From positions 64,001 through 128,000 of the forward strand of contig JBFWRP010000006.1 of the NCBI GenBank assembly GCA_050248855.1: DNA of 64,000 bases, in the 5' to 3' direction. Within the stretch, counting starts at the first letter, position 1. Each line of letters starts with the position of its first letter. Source of the stretch: Planctomycetota bacterium (lineage in GTDB: Bacteria; Planctomycetota; PLA2; JAEUHO01). Below the pieces are notes generated by a model. The model made no database searches, was not told the origin of the DNA, and saw nothing but the letters and a program-made list of their open reading frames with translations. This document shows positions 55,787 through 64,000 of this stretch, one piece after another. The translations under genes and the position numbers were made by a program.

Positions 55787-55887
55787 TGCGGGTGCGGGAC
55801 CGAGCATCTGGCGAGCCGCACGTCCGCACCCCAGGGGCTGAACGCTTACAACGGGCGCCTCGGCGCATGGGGGCTACCATTCGAGAC

Positions 55888-57543
55888 ATGGCATCCCCCC
55901 GCCGTCGCCTCGTGCTCCTGTGGGCCCTCTTGGCCGTTTGCGTGCTTCTGGGTGGGCCCCCGCAGGCCCGTGCGGGGGACGATCCGCCGCCCGTGCCCGC
56001 CGACGATCCGCCCCCCGACGCACCCCCGGTCGAGGATCCCCCGGTCGAGGATCCGCCGGTGGAGGAGCCCGCGGATCCGCCGATCGAGACACCGTCGGGC
56101 GGGGAGGAGCCGCCGCTTCCGACCGCGGGCCTGCCGCCGGAGAACGAGGTGCCCGACGGGCCTCCCGTCGCGGAACCTCCCGTCGCGGAGCCGCCCGCGC
56201 CGGCCGTGGCCGAGGACGTGGTCGTGCTGACCAACGGCAGCGAGTGGCGCGGTCGCATCTGTCGCGAGAGCGACGACGAAGTCGAGCTGGAGTCCGTGGG
56301 CGAGTCGGGCTCCATCCAGCGCGTGACGTTGCCGCGCGTGCGCATCGCGGAGATCCGTCGGGCACCGCGCGACGGGGACGCGCCCGCGGCAGGCGTCAGC
56401 GACGAGGACGATGCGTGGTTCCTGCTCCAGGCCGAAGGCCGCGTGGTCGGTTGGCGCAACGTCCGCATCGCGCGCGTCACGTCGAGCCGCTTCACGGGAT
56501 GGCGCATGGAGGAGGAGATCCTCGAGCTCTCGCAGGGTCGGCACTTGCCGGCCACGCGCACGCGTCGCGTGGAGGTGGTGGACGAGGCGTTCCGCCCGCG
56601 CCTGTTCGACTACCGCGAGTCGACCGAGGGCGAGGGGGCGGACCGCTACGAGCGGCGCGTCACGGGTGAGGTGCGCGAGGGCGTGTGGCACGTGTTCGCC
56701 AGCCAGGACGGCGACACGCGGACGCGCGAGGTGGCGCTGCCCGAGGGCGCCCGGGGTCTCCTGGCTTGGCGCGAGTCGATGCGTCGTGCCCAGCCGCGGC
56801 GCATCGGGCTGGAAGACGGGCTGCTCGTCGACCCCGCGGCCGAGGGGATCGTTCCCTTCCAGGCCGGCTTCGTGTCCACGGGCACGGGCGCCGACGAATG
56901 GCACCGCGTCCGCGAGGGCCGTCGTCTCGTGTCGCGCTTCGATGCGGCCGGCAAGGCGGTGTCCGAGGAGATCGCCGAGGGCCTGGTCGCACGCCCGTCG
57001 TCGTCGCGTCGGTGCCTGGCCGCGGAGGCGGGCGAGGCCATCGGCCCCGACGACGCCGCGGCGGACGTCGGCACGGACCCGGGCACCATCGTGCACCTGC
57101 CGGACGTCGGCCTGGCCTTCGACCGACCGGACGCTTCCTGGGAGTGGCGGCCGTCCGTGGTGGACGCCAGTCGCACGGGCTGGCGTCAGCTGGGCTTGCT
57201 GGCCGAGCCGCGCCGCCTGCTCTACGCGCACGTCGAGTGGCATCCGGCGGGCGATGGCGCGCCGGCGCCCGGCGATGAGAAGGCCTGGCTCCTGCGCCGG
57301 CTCCGGACACAGGCCCCCGACTTGGTGGAGCTGCCCACCGGGCTGGTCCCGACCATTCCCGGCGCGCTGCGACTGGACCTGGTCGGCACCATCACGCGCC
57401 GCAGCGAGCGCGTGCGCACGATCGCCTTGATGGTGCCGCGCCCGCGCGGACTGGTCGTGATCCTGGCCGCGGGCCCCGAGAGCGGGTGGGCCCAGGGCAG
57501 CGAGGAGCTCGAGAGGTTCCTGCAAACCCTGCGCTTGCTCTGA
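55888..57543 (+). CDS. Secreted hypothetical protein with Pro/Asp/Glu-rich N-terminal linker
   Basis: Signal peptide ending ARA|G, DPPVE repeats, D.V.L.NG...G.I..E motif. Confidence 0.7.
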   Translation: MASPRRRLVLLWALLAVCVLLGGPPQARAGDDPPPVPADDPPPDAPPVEDPPVEDPPVEEPADPPIETPSGGEEPPLPTAGLPPENEVPDGPPVAEPPVAEPPAPAVAEDVVVLTNGSEWRGRICRESDDEVELESVGESGSIQRVTLPRVRIAEIRRAPRDGDAPAAGVSDEDDAWFLLQAEGRVVGWRNVRIARVTSSRFTGWRMEEEILELSQGRHLPATRTRRVEVVDEAFRPRLFDYRESTEGEGADRYERRVTGEVREGVWHVFASQDGDTRTREVALPEGARGLLAWRESMRRAQPRRIGLEDGLLVDPAAEGIVPFQAGFVSTGTGADEWHRVREGRRLVSRFDAAGKAVSEEIAEGLVARPSSSRRCLAAEAGEAIGPDDAAADVGTDPGTIVHLPDVGLAFDRPDASWEWRPSVVDASRTGWRQLGLLAEPRRLLYAHVEWHPAGDGAPAPGDEKAWLLRRLRTQAPDLVELPTGLVPTIPGALRLDLVGTITRRSERVRTIALMVPRPRGLVVILAAGPESGWAQGSEELERFLQTLRLL

Positions 57544-57648
57544 CGACCGGCGCCGCGAATCGAAAGACCCCTGCGGTACCTTGTGGCCGCCGCGACGCCG
57601 TGGGGCAGGTCGCGCGGAGGGGGGACCGCGTCCGCGGACGGGAGCGTC

Positions 57649-58956
57649 GTGTCGAACCGGGATGACGTCGAGCTGGCCAAGCGCCTCATGAAGGCGGGTC
57701 TCGTCCCGGCCGAGGGCCTGCGTCAAGCGTTTGCCCTGCAGGAGCGCGTGCGCGAGGAGAAGGGGCAGAACGTGGGCCTCCCGCGCGTGATCTACCACCT
57801 GGGCCTGTTGCCCAAGGGCAGCCTCGATGCGGCCGTCGCGCCGGACCCGATCGCCCGACAGCCCTTCCCGGGCTACCGGCTGGAGCGCGTGCTGGGCGAG
57901 GGTGGGACGAGCGTCGTCTACGCGGGCACGTACCTGGAGAACGGCGCCCCCGTGGCCGTGAAGGTGCTCGACCCGATCCTGGCGCTGAAGGCCGGCTGGA
58001 TCGACCGCTTCCGGCTCGAGGCCCGCATCTTGGTCGAGGTCGAGCACCCCAACGTGATCCTGGGCTACGAGGTCGGCGAGGCCGGCGGCCTCCACTTCTT
58101 CTCCATGGAGCGCGTCGAGGGCATCACGGCCGAAGACATCCTGACGCGACGCGGGCGCATCGACTGCAACGAGGCGCTTTGGATCACCCTCCAGATGGCG
58201 CGGGCCCTGGGCGCCCTGCACGCAGCTGGCTACCTGCACCGGGACGTCAAGCCGAACAACGTCATGGTCCAGCCGGACGGACGCGCCGTCATGATCGACC
58301 TCGGCTTCACGCAGGCATTGGATCCCTCCGTGGGCGAAGACACGCCGCTGCACGCCCTCACCGTCGGCACCGTCGAGTACCTCTCCCCCGAGCAGGCGCG
58401 TGGGCGTCAGGATCTGGACCCGCGCGCGGACATCTACAGCCTCGGCGTCTCGTTCTATCACCTCGTCGTGGGCGAGGTCCCCTTCCAAGGCGCCAGCCAG
58501 GAGGAAGTCCTGGCCATGCAGGTGCTCGGCACCATCGATGCCCAGAAGCTGAAGCAACGGCACATCACGCCCGAGGTGCAGTTCTTCATCGCCAAGATGA
58601 TGTCGAAGGACCGTGCGCGCCGCTACGAGACCATGGACGAGGTCGTCCGCGAGCTGACGGGCTACGTGCCCGAGGGCGGTGTACCCGTGGACCTGGGACC
58701 GGAACCCGCTGCGCCGCCGCCCGTGCTCCAGCCCATCGCGCCGCCCGCGCCGCCCAAGCCCCCGCGGGTCGTGCCGACTGCTGCGCCCAAACCGCCGCCG
58801 GTCACGCCGGTGCGGAGGGCGAGGACCGCGGAGCCCGAGCCGCCCGCCGACAAGCCCTCCGCGCCCGTGTCCAAGCGCACCAACGTGAAGTCCGACGCCC
58901 CCGTACCGCGCCGGCGCCGCGACCGCGACGATCCGCCCCGCCGCCGTCGCCGGTGA
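57649..58956 (+). CDS. Cytoplasmic Hanks-type Ser/Thr protein kinase
   Basis: LGEGG..VVY, VAVK, HPNV, HRDVKP.N, DLG, GT.EY.SPEQ, D.R.DIYSLG; Pro-rich tail, no TM. Confidence 0.92.
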   Translation: MSNRDDVELAKRLMKAGLVPAEGLRQAFALQERVREEKGQNVGLPRVIYHLGLLPKGSLDAAVAPDPIARQPFPGYRLERVLGEGGTSVVYAGTYLENGAPVAVKVLDPILALKAGWIDRFRLEARILVEVEHPNVILGYEVGEAGGLHFFSMERVEGITAEDILTRRGRIDCNEALWITLQMARALGALHAAGYLHRDVKPNNVMVQPDGRAVMIDLGFTQALDPSVGEDTPLHALTVGTVEYLSPEQARGRQDLDPRADIYSLGVSFYHLVVGEVPFQGASQEEVLAMQVLGTIDAQKLKQRHITPEVQFFIAKMMSKDRARRYETMDEVVRELTGYVPEGGVPVDLGPEPAAPPPVLQPIAPPAPPKPPRVVPTAAPKPPPVTPVRRARTAEPEPPADKPSAPVSKRTNVKSDAPVPRRRRDRDDPPRRRRR

Positions 58957-58999
58957 CGCCCGGAAGCGTAGCGGGCGCACGCCGTGGCATCGTGGGCGC

Positions 59000-59977
59000 G
59001 TGACCGACCCGCGGCCCTCTGCTTCCCCGGCTACGACGCCGCCCTGGTACGCCGAGGGCCTGCGCTTCCGTTGCACGCAGTGCGGCAAGTGCTGCACGGG
59101 GGAGCCGGGACACGTCTGGGTCGATGACGAGGAGATCCGCCGCCTGGCGCGCGCGCGAGGCCTCTCGCCGCGCGCGTTCAAGGCACGCTTCGTGCGCCGC
59201 GTGGGCAAGCGCTGGTCCCTGCGCGAGAAGGAGAACGGCGACTGCGTCCTGTTGAAGGACGGCCTCTGCACGGTCTACGACAGCAAGCCCACGCGCTGCA
59301 CGACGTTCCCCTTCTGGGGCCCCGTGCTCGAGTCGCCGGCGACCTGGGCCGAGACGGCGGAGCGCTGCGAGGGCATCGGACAAGGCGACGTCTACGACCT
59401 CGAGGCCATCGAGCGCCTCCGTGCCGGCGACCCCCGCCCGCTCGTGGAGCGCCATGCCCGTCCGCCCGAACAACCCGTGCGTCACCGGGACGACCCGGCG
59501 GACAAGCCGGCGGAGGTGCCCGGCGAGGCGGTGGCGCCCGAGGTGGACTGGGCGGCCGCGTTCACGGCGCTGGAGCGCGTGTACGCGGACCTCGACGCCG
59601 AGCTGCCGCGAACGGGCTTGACGTGCGCCGCGAGCGGTCGCTGCTGCGACTTCGACGTCTACGGCCACCGTCTCTACGTCACGACCTTGGAGGCCATGTG
59701 GTTCTTCACGTGCCTGGAGGGCCGGCGCAACGACGACGCGCGGGCCTGCCCGGCCTGGGGCACCGACCGGCTCTGCCACGAGCGGCGGGGCCGCATGCTG
59801 GGCTGCCGCACGTACTTCTGCGGGCCCTACGCCGGCGTCACGCCCGAGGACGTCCATCCCCGCTACCACGCCCGCGTGCAGGCGCTCCACGAGCGGTTCG
59901 GCATCCCGTACGCCTACCGCGACATCCGCGCCTGGGCCGAGGAGATGCGTCCGGCAGGGGGGGACGGCGCGCCCTGA
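59000..59977 (+). CDS. YkgJ/CxxCxxCC-family protein with two tandem Cys-cluster domains
   Basis: FRCTQCGKCC...C...C.VY..KP..C.TFPFW and a second C.ASGRCC...CP.....C...R..GCR.YFC. Confidence 0.8.
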   Translation: MTDPRPSASPATTPPWYAEGLRFRCTQCGKCCTGEPGHVWVDDEEIRRLARARGLSPRAFKARFVRRVGKRWSLREKENGDCVLLKDGLCTVYDSKPTRCTTFPFWGPVLESPATWAETAERCEGIGQGDVYDLEAIERLRAGDPRPLVERHARPPEQPVRHRDDPADKPAEVPGEAVAPEVDWAAAFTALERVYADLDAELPRTGLTCAASGRCCDFDVYGHRLYVTTLEAMWFFTCLEGRRNDDARACPAWGTDRLCHERRGRMLGCRTYFCGPYAGVTPEDVHPRYHARVQALHERFGIPYAYRDIRAWAEEMRPAGGDGAP

Positions 59978-60112
59978 GGGCCCGGGTCGGCCGCTGGGCG
60001 GGGGATTCCGCACGCCACCCGGTCGTCGAGGGGAACCTGGGGGAAGGCCCCGTGTCCAAGCGAGGGCAGGCCGGGGCTCCTTCCTCCCGCATGCCCGGCC
60101 CGGAGGTCCACC

Positions 60113-62431
60113 ATGTCGTTCCCGAGCTCCACCCGTCCCGTGATCCGCGCGCTCGCGGTCCTGCTCGCGACCGCCGCGGCGCTTGTCGGGGCGGCCCCGG
60201 CACGAGCCAACGGCATCCTCGTGACCGGTCGCGTGGACGGCGGCGAGATCGAGGTCTTCCGACCCGACCGCACGCGTCGTCCCATCGAGCGGCCCCAGCA
60301 CGTCTCGCTCCAGGACCATCGCGTCACGGCGCGCATCAACGACCGCGTTGCCGAGGTCACCGTGGAGCAGGTGTTCCGCAACCACACCGGCATGCAGCTG
60401 GAGGGCACGTACCTGTTCCCGCTGCCCGAGGGGGCCTCGGTCAGCCAGTGGTCGATGACGATGTTCGGTCGCATGGTCGAGGGCGAGATCCTCGAAGCGC
60501 GCAAGGCCCGCGAGATCTACGAGAGCATCGTCCGCGAGCGTCGTGATCCCGGTCTCCTCGAGTACCTCGGTCGTGGCTTGTTCCAGGCGCGCGTGTTCCC
60601 GATCGAGCCGCACAAGGACCTCACGATCCGGCTCACCTTCCAGCAGCTGCTGCCGGAAGACGGTGGCACGATCGAGTTCCGCTACCCGCTGGGCACGGAG
60701 CGCATGAACGCCACGCCCGTCGCCAACGTCACGATGGACGTCCAGGTCACGAGCAACGTGGACATCAAGGCGCTGTACAGCCCGTCGCACGCCGTGGACG
60801 TCGTTCGCAAGGGTGATCGCGAAGCGCGCGTCAGCTACGAGCGTCAGGGGCGGCGCCAGGACAAGGACTTCACGCTGTTCATCGGACGCAGCGAGTCCGA
60901 CGTCGGCTTCTCGCTGCAGAGCCACAAGGCGCCGGGTGAGGACGGCACCTTCCTGATGGTGCTGGCCCCGAAGACCGAGGTCCGTGCCGAGGACATCGTC
61001 CCGCGCGACGTGGTCTTCGTGCTCGACACGAGCGGCTCGATGGCCGGGCCCAAGATGAAGCAGGCCCAGGAGGCCCTGGCCTACGGCATCCGCACGCTGT
61101 CGCCGGGCGACCGCTTCAACGTGCTGGGCTTCGCCACCGGCCTCAACCCCTTCCGCGACACGCTGCAACCCGCCAACGACGAGCTGAAGGAGGCCGCCGT
61201 CCGCTGGGTGGAGGGCTTGCGTCCCGCGGGAGGCACCAACATCCACGACGCGCTGCTCGAGTCGCTGCGCATGCGCCAGGACGGCCGCCTGTTCGTGGTC
61301 GTCTTCCTGACCGACGGCAAGCCCACCATCGAGGAGCGCGACCCCGATCGCATCGTCGAGAAGGTCAAGGCCGCCAACTCCCAGGACACGCGCATCTTCA
61401 CGTTCGGCGTGCTGGGCGAGGACCGTCCGGACCTGGACGTGCGTCTGCTCGATCGCGTCGCCGAGGTCACCCGCGCCACGCGCGACTACGTGCACGCCGG
61501 CGAGGAGATCGAAGTCGTCACCAGCCGCTTCTTCCGCAAGGTGCAGCACCCCGTGATGACCGACGTCACGATCGAGTACGGCGACGGCATCCGCGACGTC
61601 TACCCGCGCACGCTGCCGGACCTGTTCGCCGGCTCGCAGATCGACGTCATGGGCCGCTACGTGACCGGCGGCGACCGCACCATCCGCCTGCGCGGCAAGG
61701 TCGGCAACCGCGAGGTCGTACACGAGTTCCAGGCCACGCTACGTCAGGGCGAGGATGCCGGCTACCTGCCGCGCCTTTGGGCCCAGCGCAAGATCGGTTA
61801 CCTGCTGGACCAGATCCGCCTGCACGGCGCCGACCGTGAGCTCGTGGACGAGGTCGTGCGTCTGGCCACGCGCTACGCCATCGTCACGCCCTACACGGCG
61901 GGCTTGGTCGTCGAGGAGAGCGAGCTCTCGCGTCTCCCGCCGAACGCCCGTGCCCGGCGCGCCGAGGGCCGTGACCTGGGTGGCTTGGTCCCCGGCACCG
62001 GTGGTCGTGCGATGGGGGCGGCCGGCGGGCCGCCTGCACCGTCGGGCCCGGCACCCGAGGAGAGCGTCCGCGACGCCTTCGACAGCGAGACGATCGAGCG
62101 CATGAAGGGCGCCACGTCCGAGGACGCGCCCGCGGACTTCGCGGCCGAAGATGGCCAGGCCCAGGGCGACGATGGTCGCTGGGACCGCGCCAAGAAGGTG
62201 GCCGAGTCCGTGAAGCGCGTCGACGACCGCATTTTCCACGAGGACGCCAACGGCCGCTGGGTCGACGCCACGTGGAAGCCCGAGCTCGAGCCGCGCAAGA
62301 TCGAGGCCTTCTCCAAGGCCTACTTCGAGCTGCTCGAGAAGCACCCGACCGTGGCGCGCTATCTGGCGCTTGGCGAGAAGGTGCTCTTCGTCCACGAGGG
62401 CGTGGCCTACGAGATCACGGCGGCGCAGTAG
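60113..62431 (+). CDS. Secreted VIT + vWA domain protein
   Basis: Signal peptide; VIT (Q.F.N....EG.Y.FPLP, A..IYE, DPGLLE); MIDAS DTSGSM, GGTNI, FLTDG; LWA...I..L, VTPYT..LV.E. Confidence 0.9.
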   Translation: MSFPSSTRPVIRALAVLLATAAALVGAAPARANGILVTGRVDGGEIEVFRPDRTRRPIERPQHVSLQDHRVTARINDRVAEVTVEQVFRNHTGMQLEGTYLFPLPEGASVSQWSMTMFGRMVEGEILEARKAREIYESIVRERRDPGLLEYLGRGLFQARVFPIEPHKDLTIRLTFQQLLPEDGGTIEFRYPLGTERMNATPVANVTMDVQVTSNVDIKALYSPSHAVDVVRKGDREARVSYERQGRRQDKDFTLFIGRSESDVGFSLQSHKAPGEDGTFLMVLAPKTEVRAEDIVPRDVVFVLDTSGSMAGPKMKQAQEALAYGIRTLSPGDRFNVLGFATGLNPFRDTLQPANDELKEAAVRWVEGLRPAGGTNIHDALLESLRMRQDGRLFVVVFLTDGKPTIEERDPDRIVEKVKAANSQDTRIFTFGVLGEDRPDLDVRLLDRVAEVTRATRDYVHAGEEIEVVTSRFFRKVQHPVMTDVTIEYGDGIRDVYPRTLPDLFAGSQIDVMGRYVTGGDRTIRLRGKVGNREVVHEFQATLRQGEDAGYLPRLWAQRKIGYLLDQIRLHGADRELVDEVVRLATRYAIVTPYTAGLVVEESELSRLPPNARARRAEGRDLGGLVPGTGGRAMGAAGGPPAPSGPAPEESVRDAFDSETIERMKGATSEDAPADFAAEDGQAQGDDGRWDRAKKVAESVKRVDDRIFHEDANGRWVDATWKPELEPRKIEAFSKAYFELLEKHPTVARYLALGEKVLFVHEGVAYEITAAQ

Positions 62432-62449
62432 CCGCCACGAAGGCCAGCT

Positions 62450-62469
62450 GCTTCCCCCCGGGGGGAAGC
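62450..62469. other. Perfect 20-bp palindrome downstream of the VIT gene (possible hairpin or binding site)
   Basis: gcttccccccggggggaagc is self-complementary; no U-tract follows. Confidence 0.4.
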
Positions 62470-62522
62470 CCACCTGCGGGCGCCGCTCTCCCCGGGCGGC
62501 GCCCGTCTCGTACCATGCGCGC

Positions 62523-63626
62523 ATGTCGCGTGCGGTCGCGCTCTTCGCCGTGGGCCTCGTCCTGTTCGTCGCGCGCCCGGCTCGCGCCGACGACGACCTG
62601 GCGCGCGAGGCGCGCCTCCTGGTGGATGGGGCCCTGCCGGCGCGGCGCGCCGCGATCGCTCGGCTCGAGGCCTGGCCCGAGCAGCCTGATGGCGCACGCG
62701 TCGAACGGCTGCTCGCCAGGGCGCTCGGGGACGAGGCAGGTCTCGTGCGCGGCGCGGCCGCGGCCGCCCTGGCGCGTCGCGGTGCGCGTCACCACATCGA
62801 CGTCGTGCGCGAGGCCCTTGGCCAGGAGGTCGATCCCCTGGCGCTTGCCCCGCTGCTTCACGCGCTCGGGCTCCTGGGGCTGACCGGCGACGGGCCGCGC
62901 GTGAACCCGTACGTGCTGCACCCCGACCCCGCGGTGCGGCGTGCGGCCGTCCTGGCGCTCGGCGACCTGGGCGCGCCCGCGGCGGCCGACGTGGCGCGTC
63001 GCATGATCGTGGACCCCCGTGGCGAGGACCCGGGCGAGGGCGTGCGCGCAGCCGCGGCCCTCGTGCTCGGCCGCCGCGGCTCGGCCGAGGACGCCGCCTG
63101 GTTGATCCAGCGCGTAGGCGATCGCACCGTGGACCCGGCGCCCGGCTGGCTGTTGCGCAGCGCCTACGCACAAGCCATTGGTCGGCTCGGTGGCGAAGGG
63201 GCCACCGCCGCGCTCGTGAGCTTGCTGGGAGATCCCGACGCGCGTGTCGCCGTCACCGCGGCCACCGGGCTGGCCACGCTCGGCGCGCGCCAGGTGTTGC
63301 TCGGCGCGCTTGGACACGCCGAGCCCGCCGTGCGCGCCGCGGCGATCGGTGGCGTGCTGCAGGGACGGGTTCGCGACGGCTACCCCGTCCTCGCCAGCCT
63401 GGCCCGCCGGGATCCGAGTCGCGACGTACGCTGGGCCGCGACGAGTGCCCTCTGGAAGCTCGAGATGCGCGAGGCCGACGCGTACGTGATCGAGGGGCTC
63501 GGCGCTTCCGATCCGGGCGTCGTCTTGGCAGCGCACCACCTGCTCGTGGAGCGCTTGGGCCAGGACCACCAGCTCGACGTGGAGGGATGGAAGGCGGCCC
63601 TGGCCCGTTGGTGGCAGCGGCGGTGA
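62523..63626 (+). CDS. Secreted HEAT-repeat protein
   Basis: Signal ending ARA|DD; repeated L.D....VR.AA..AL units; C-terminal W..WW. Confidence 0.82.
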   Translation: MSRAVALFAVGLVLFVARPARADDDLAREARLLVDGALPARRAAIARLEAWPEQPDGARVERLLARALGDEAGLVRGAAAAALARRGARHHIDVVREALGQEVDPLALAPLLHALGLLGLTGDGPRVNPYVLHPDPAVRRAAVLALGDLGAPAAADVARRMIVDPRGEDPGEGVRAAAALVLGRRGSAEDAAWLIQRVGDRTVDPAPGWLLRSAYAQAIGRLGGEGATAALVSLLGDPDARVAVTAATGLATLGARQVLLGALGHAEPAVRAAAIGGVLQGRVRDGYPVLASLARRDPSRDVRWAATSALWKLEMREADAYVIEGLGASDPGVVLAAHHLLVERLGQDHQLDVEGWKAALARWWQRR

Positions 63627-64000
63627 GCTTCCCGCGTACCGCGCACGCGCTTGCCGCGGCGCTCGAGGCCGCCGGGCTGGCCCCCGACCGGCGTCACGGA
63701 CAGTGCTTCCTCACGGACGCGCAGGCCGTGGACGCGATCGTCCGGGACGCGGCCGTCACCGCGGTCGACCACGTGGTCGAGGTGGGGACGGGGCCCGGTC
63801 TGTTGACGCACGCCCTGGCGGGAACGGGCGCGCACGTGACGACGTTCGACATCGATGCCCGGCTGCAGCGCTTTGCCCGCGACGTCGAGGCGTGGCCGGC
63901 CACGGTGACCTTCGTGGAAGGCGACGTGCTGGCCGCCAAGCACCAGCTGTCGCCGGCCTTCGCGGCCGCGCTCGAGCGAGAGCCCGCGCCCGAGGGTCGA
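63623..64000 (+). CDS. rsmA: 16S rRNA adenine dimethyltransferase, 3' truncated by window edge
   Basis: GL.P....GQCFL.D......I, VVEVG.GPG.LT..L, V..FDID..L, V.GD.L; GTGA overlap with the upstream stop. Confidence 0.85.
   Translation, partial: MSFPRTAHALAAALEAAGLAPDRRHGQCFLTDAQAVDAIVRDAAVTAVDHVVEVGTGPGLLTHALAGTGAHVTTFDIDARLQRFARDVEAWPATVTFVEGDVLAAKHQLSPAFAAALEREPAPEGR

Noticed and set aside
55533..55887. tRNA-Sec (selC) after selB
   Set aside because: No UCA anticodon loop or TTCGA T-loop in a cloverleaf context was found on either strand.
1..64000. In-frame UGA selenoproteins
   Set aside because: No recognised CDS appears truncated at a UGA aligned to a catalytic Cys; this was checked by eye only.

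Overview
High-GC bacterial chromosomal window; the gene repertoire (secretin type, cytoplasmic Ser/Thr kinase, VIT/vWA, HEAT, Cys-rich secreted proteins) suggests Planctomycetota, which is an inference. 1-6.0 kb is the 3' end of an apparent operon: alternative complex III (actD-actE-actF), a RIC/YtfE di-iron protein with a signal peptide, a qNor-family heme-copper protein with all the diagnostic NO-dismutase (Nod) substitutions, and a Haem_bd cytochrome c. 6.0-15.9 kb is an anaerobic benzoyl-CoA pathway cluster: had and bzdR on one strand, divergent from a class I benzoyl-CoA reductase, an orphan-domain/RidA fusion, dch, an atypical amidohydrolase and a radical SAM. No oah is present. The rest is mostly housekeeping (fabH-like, addBA, xth, proS, CBS/CGL, hisS, hutH, comF, recJ, selB, rsmA). 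It is interrupted by an accessory stretch at 24.7-30.7 kb packed with GTACGG-anchored inverted-repeat elements, and by a tandem pair of secreted proteins with a mirror-image 8-mer/9-mer repeat architecture suggesting giant beta-hairpins. No rRNA, tRNA, CRISPR or transposase was recognised.
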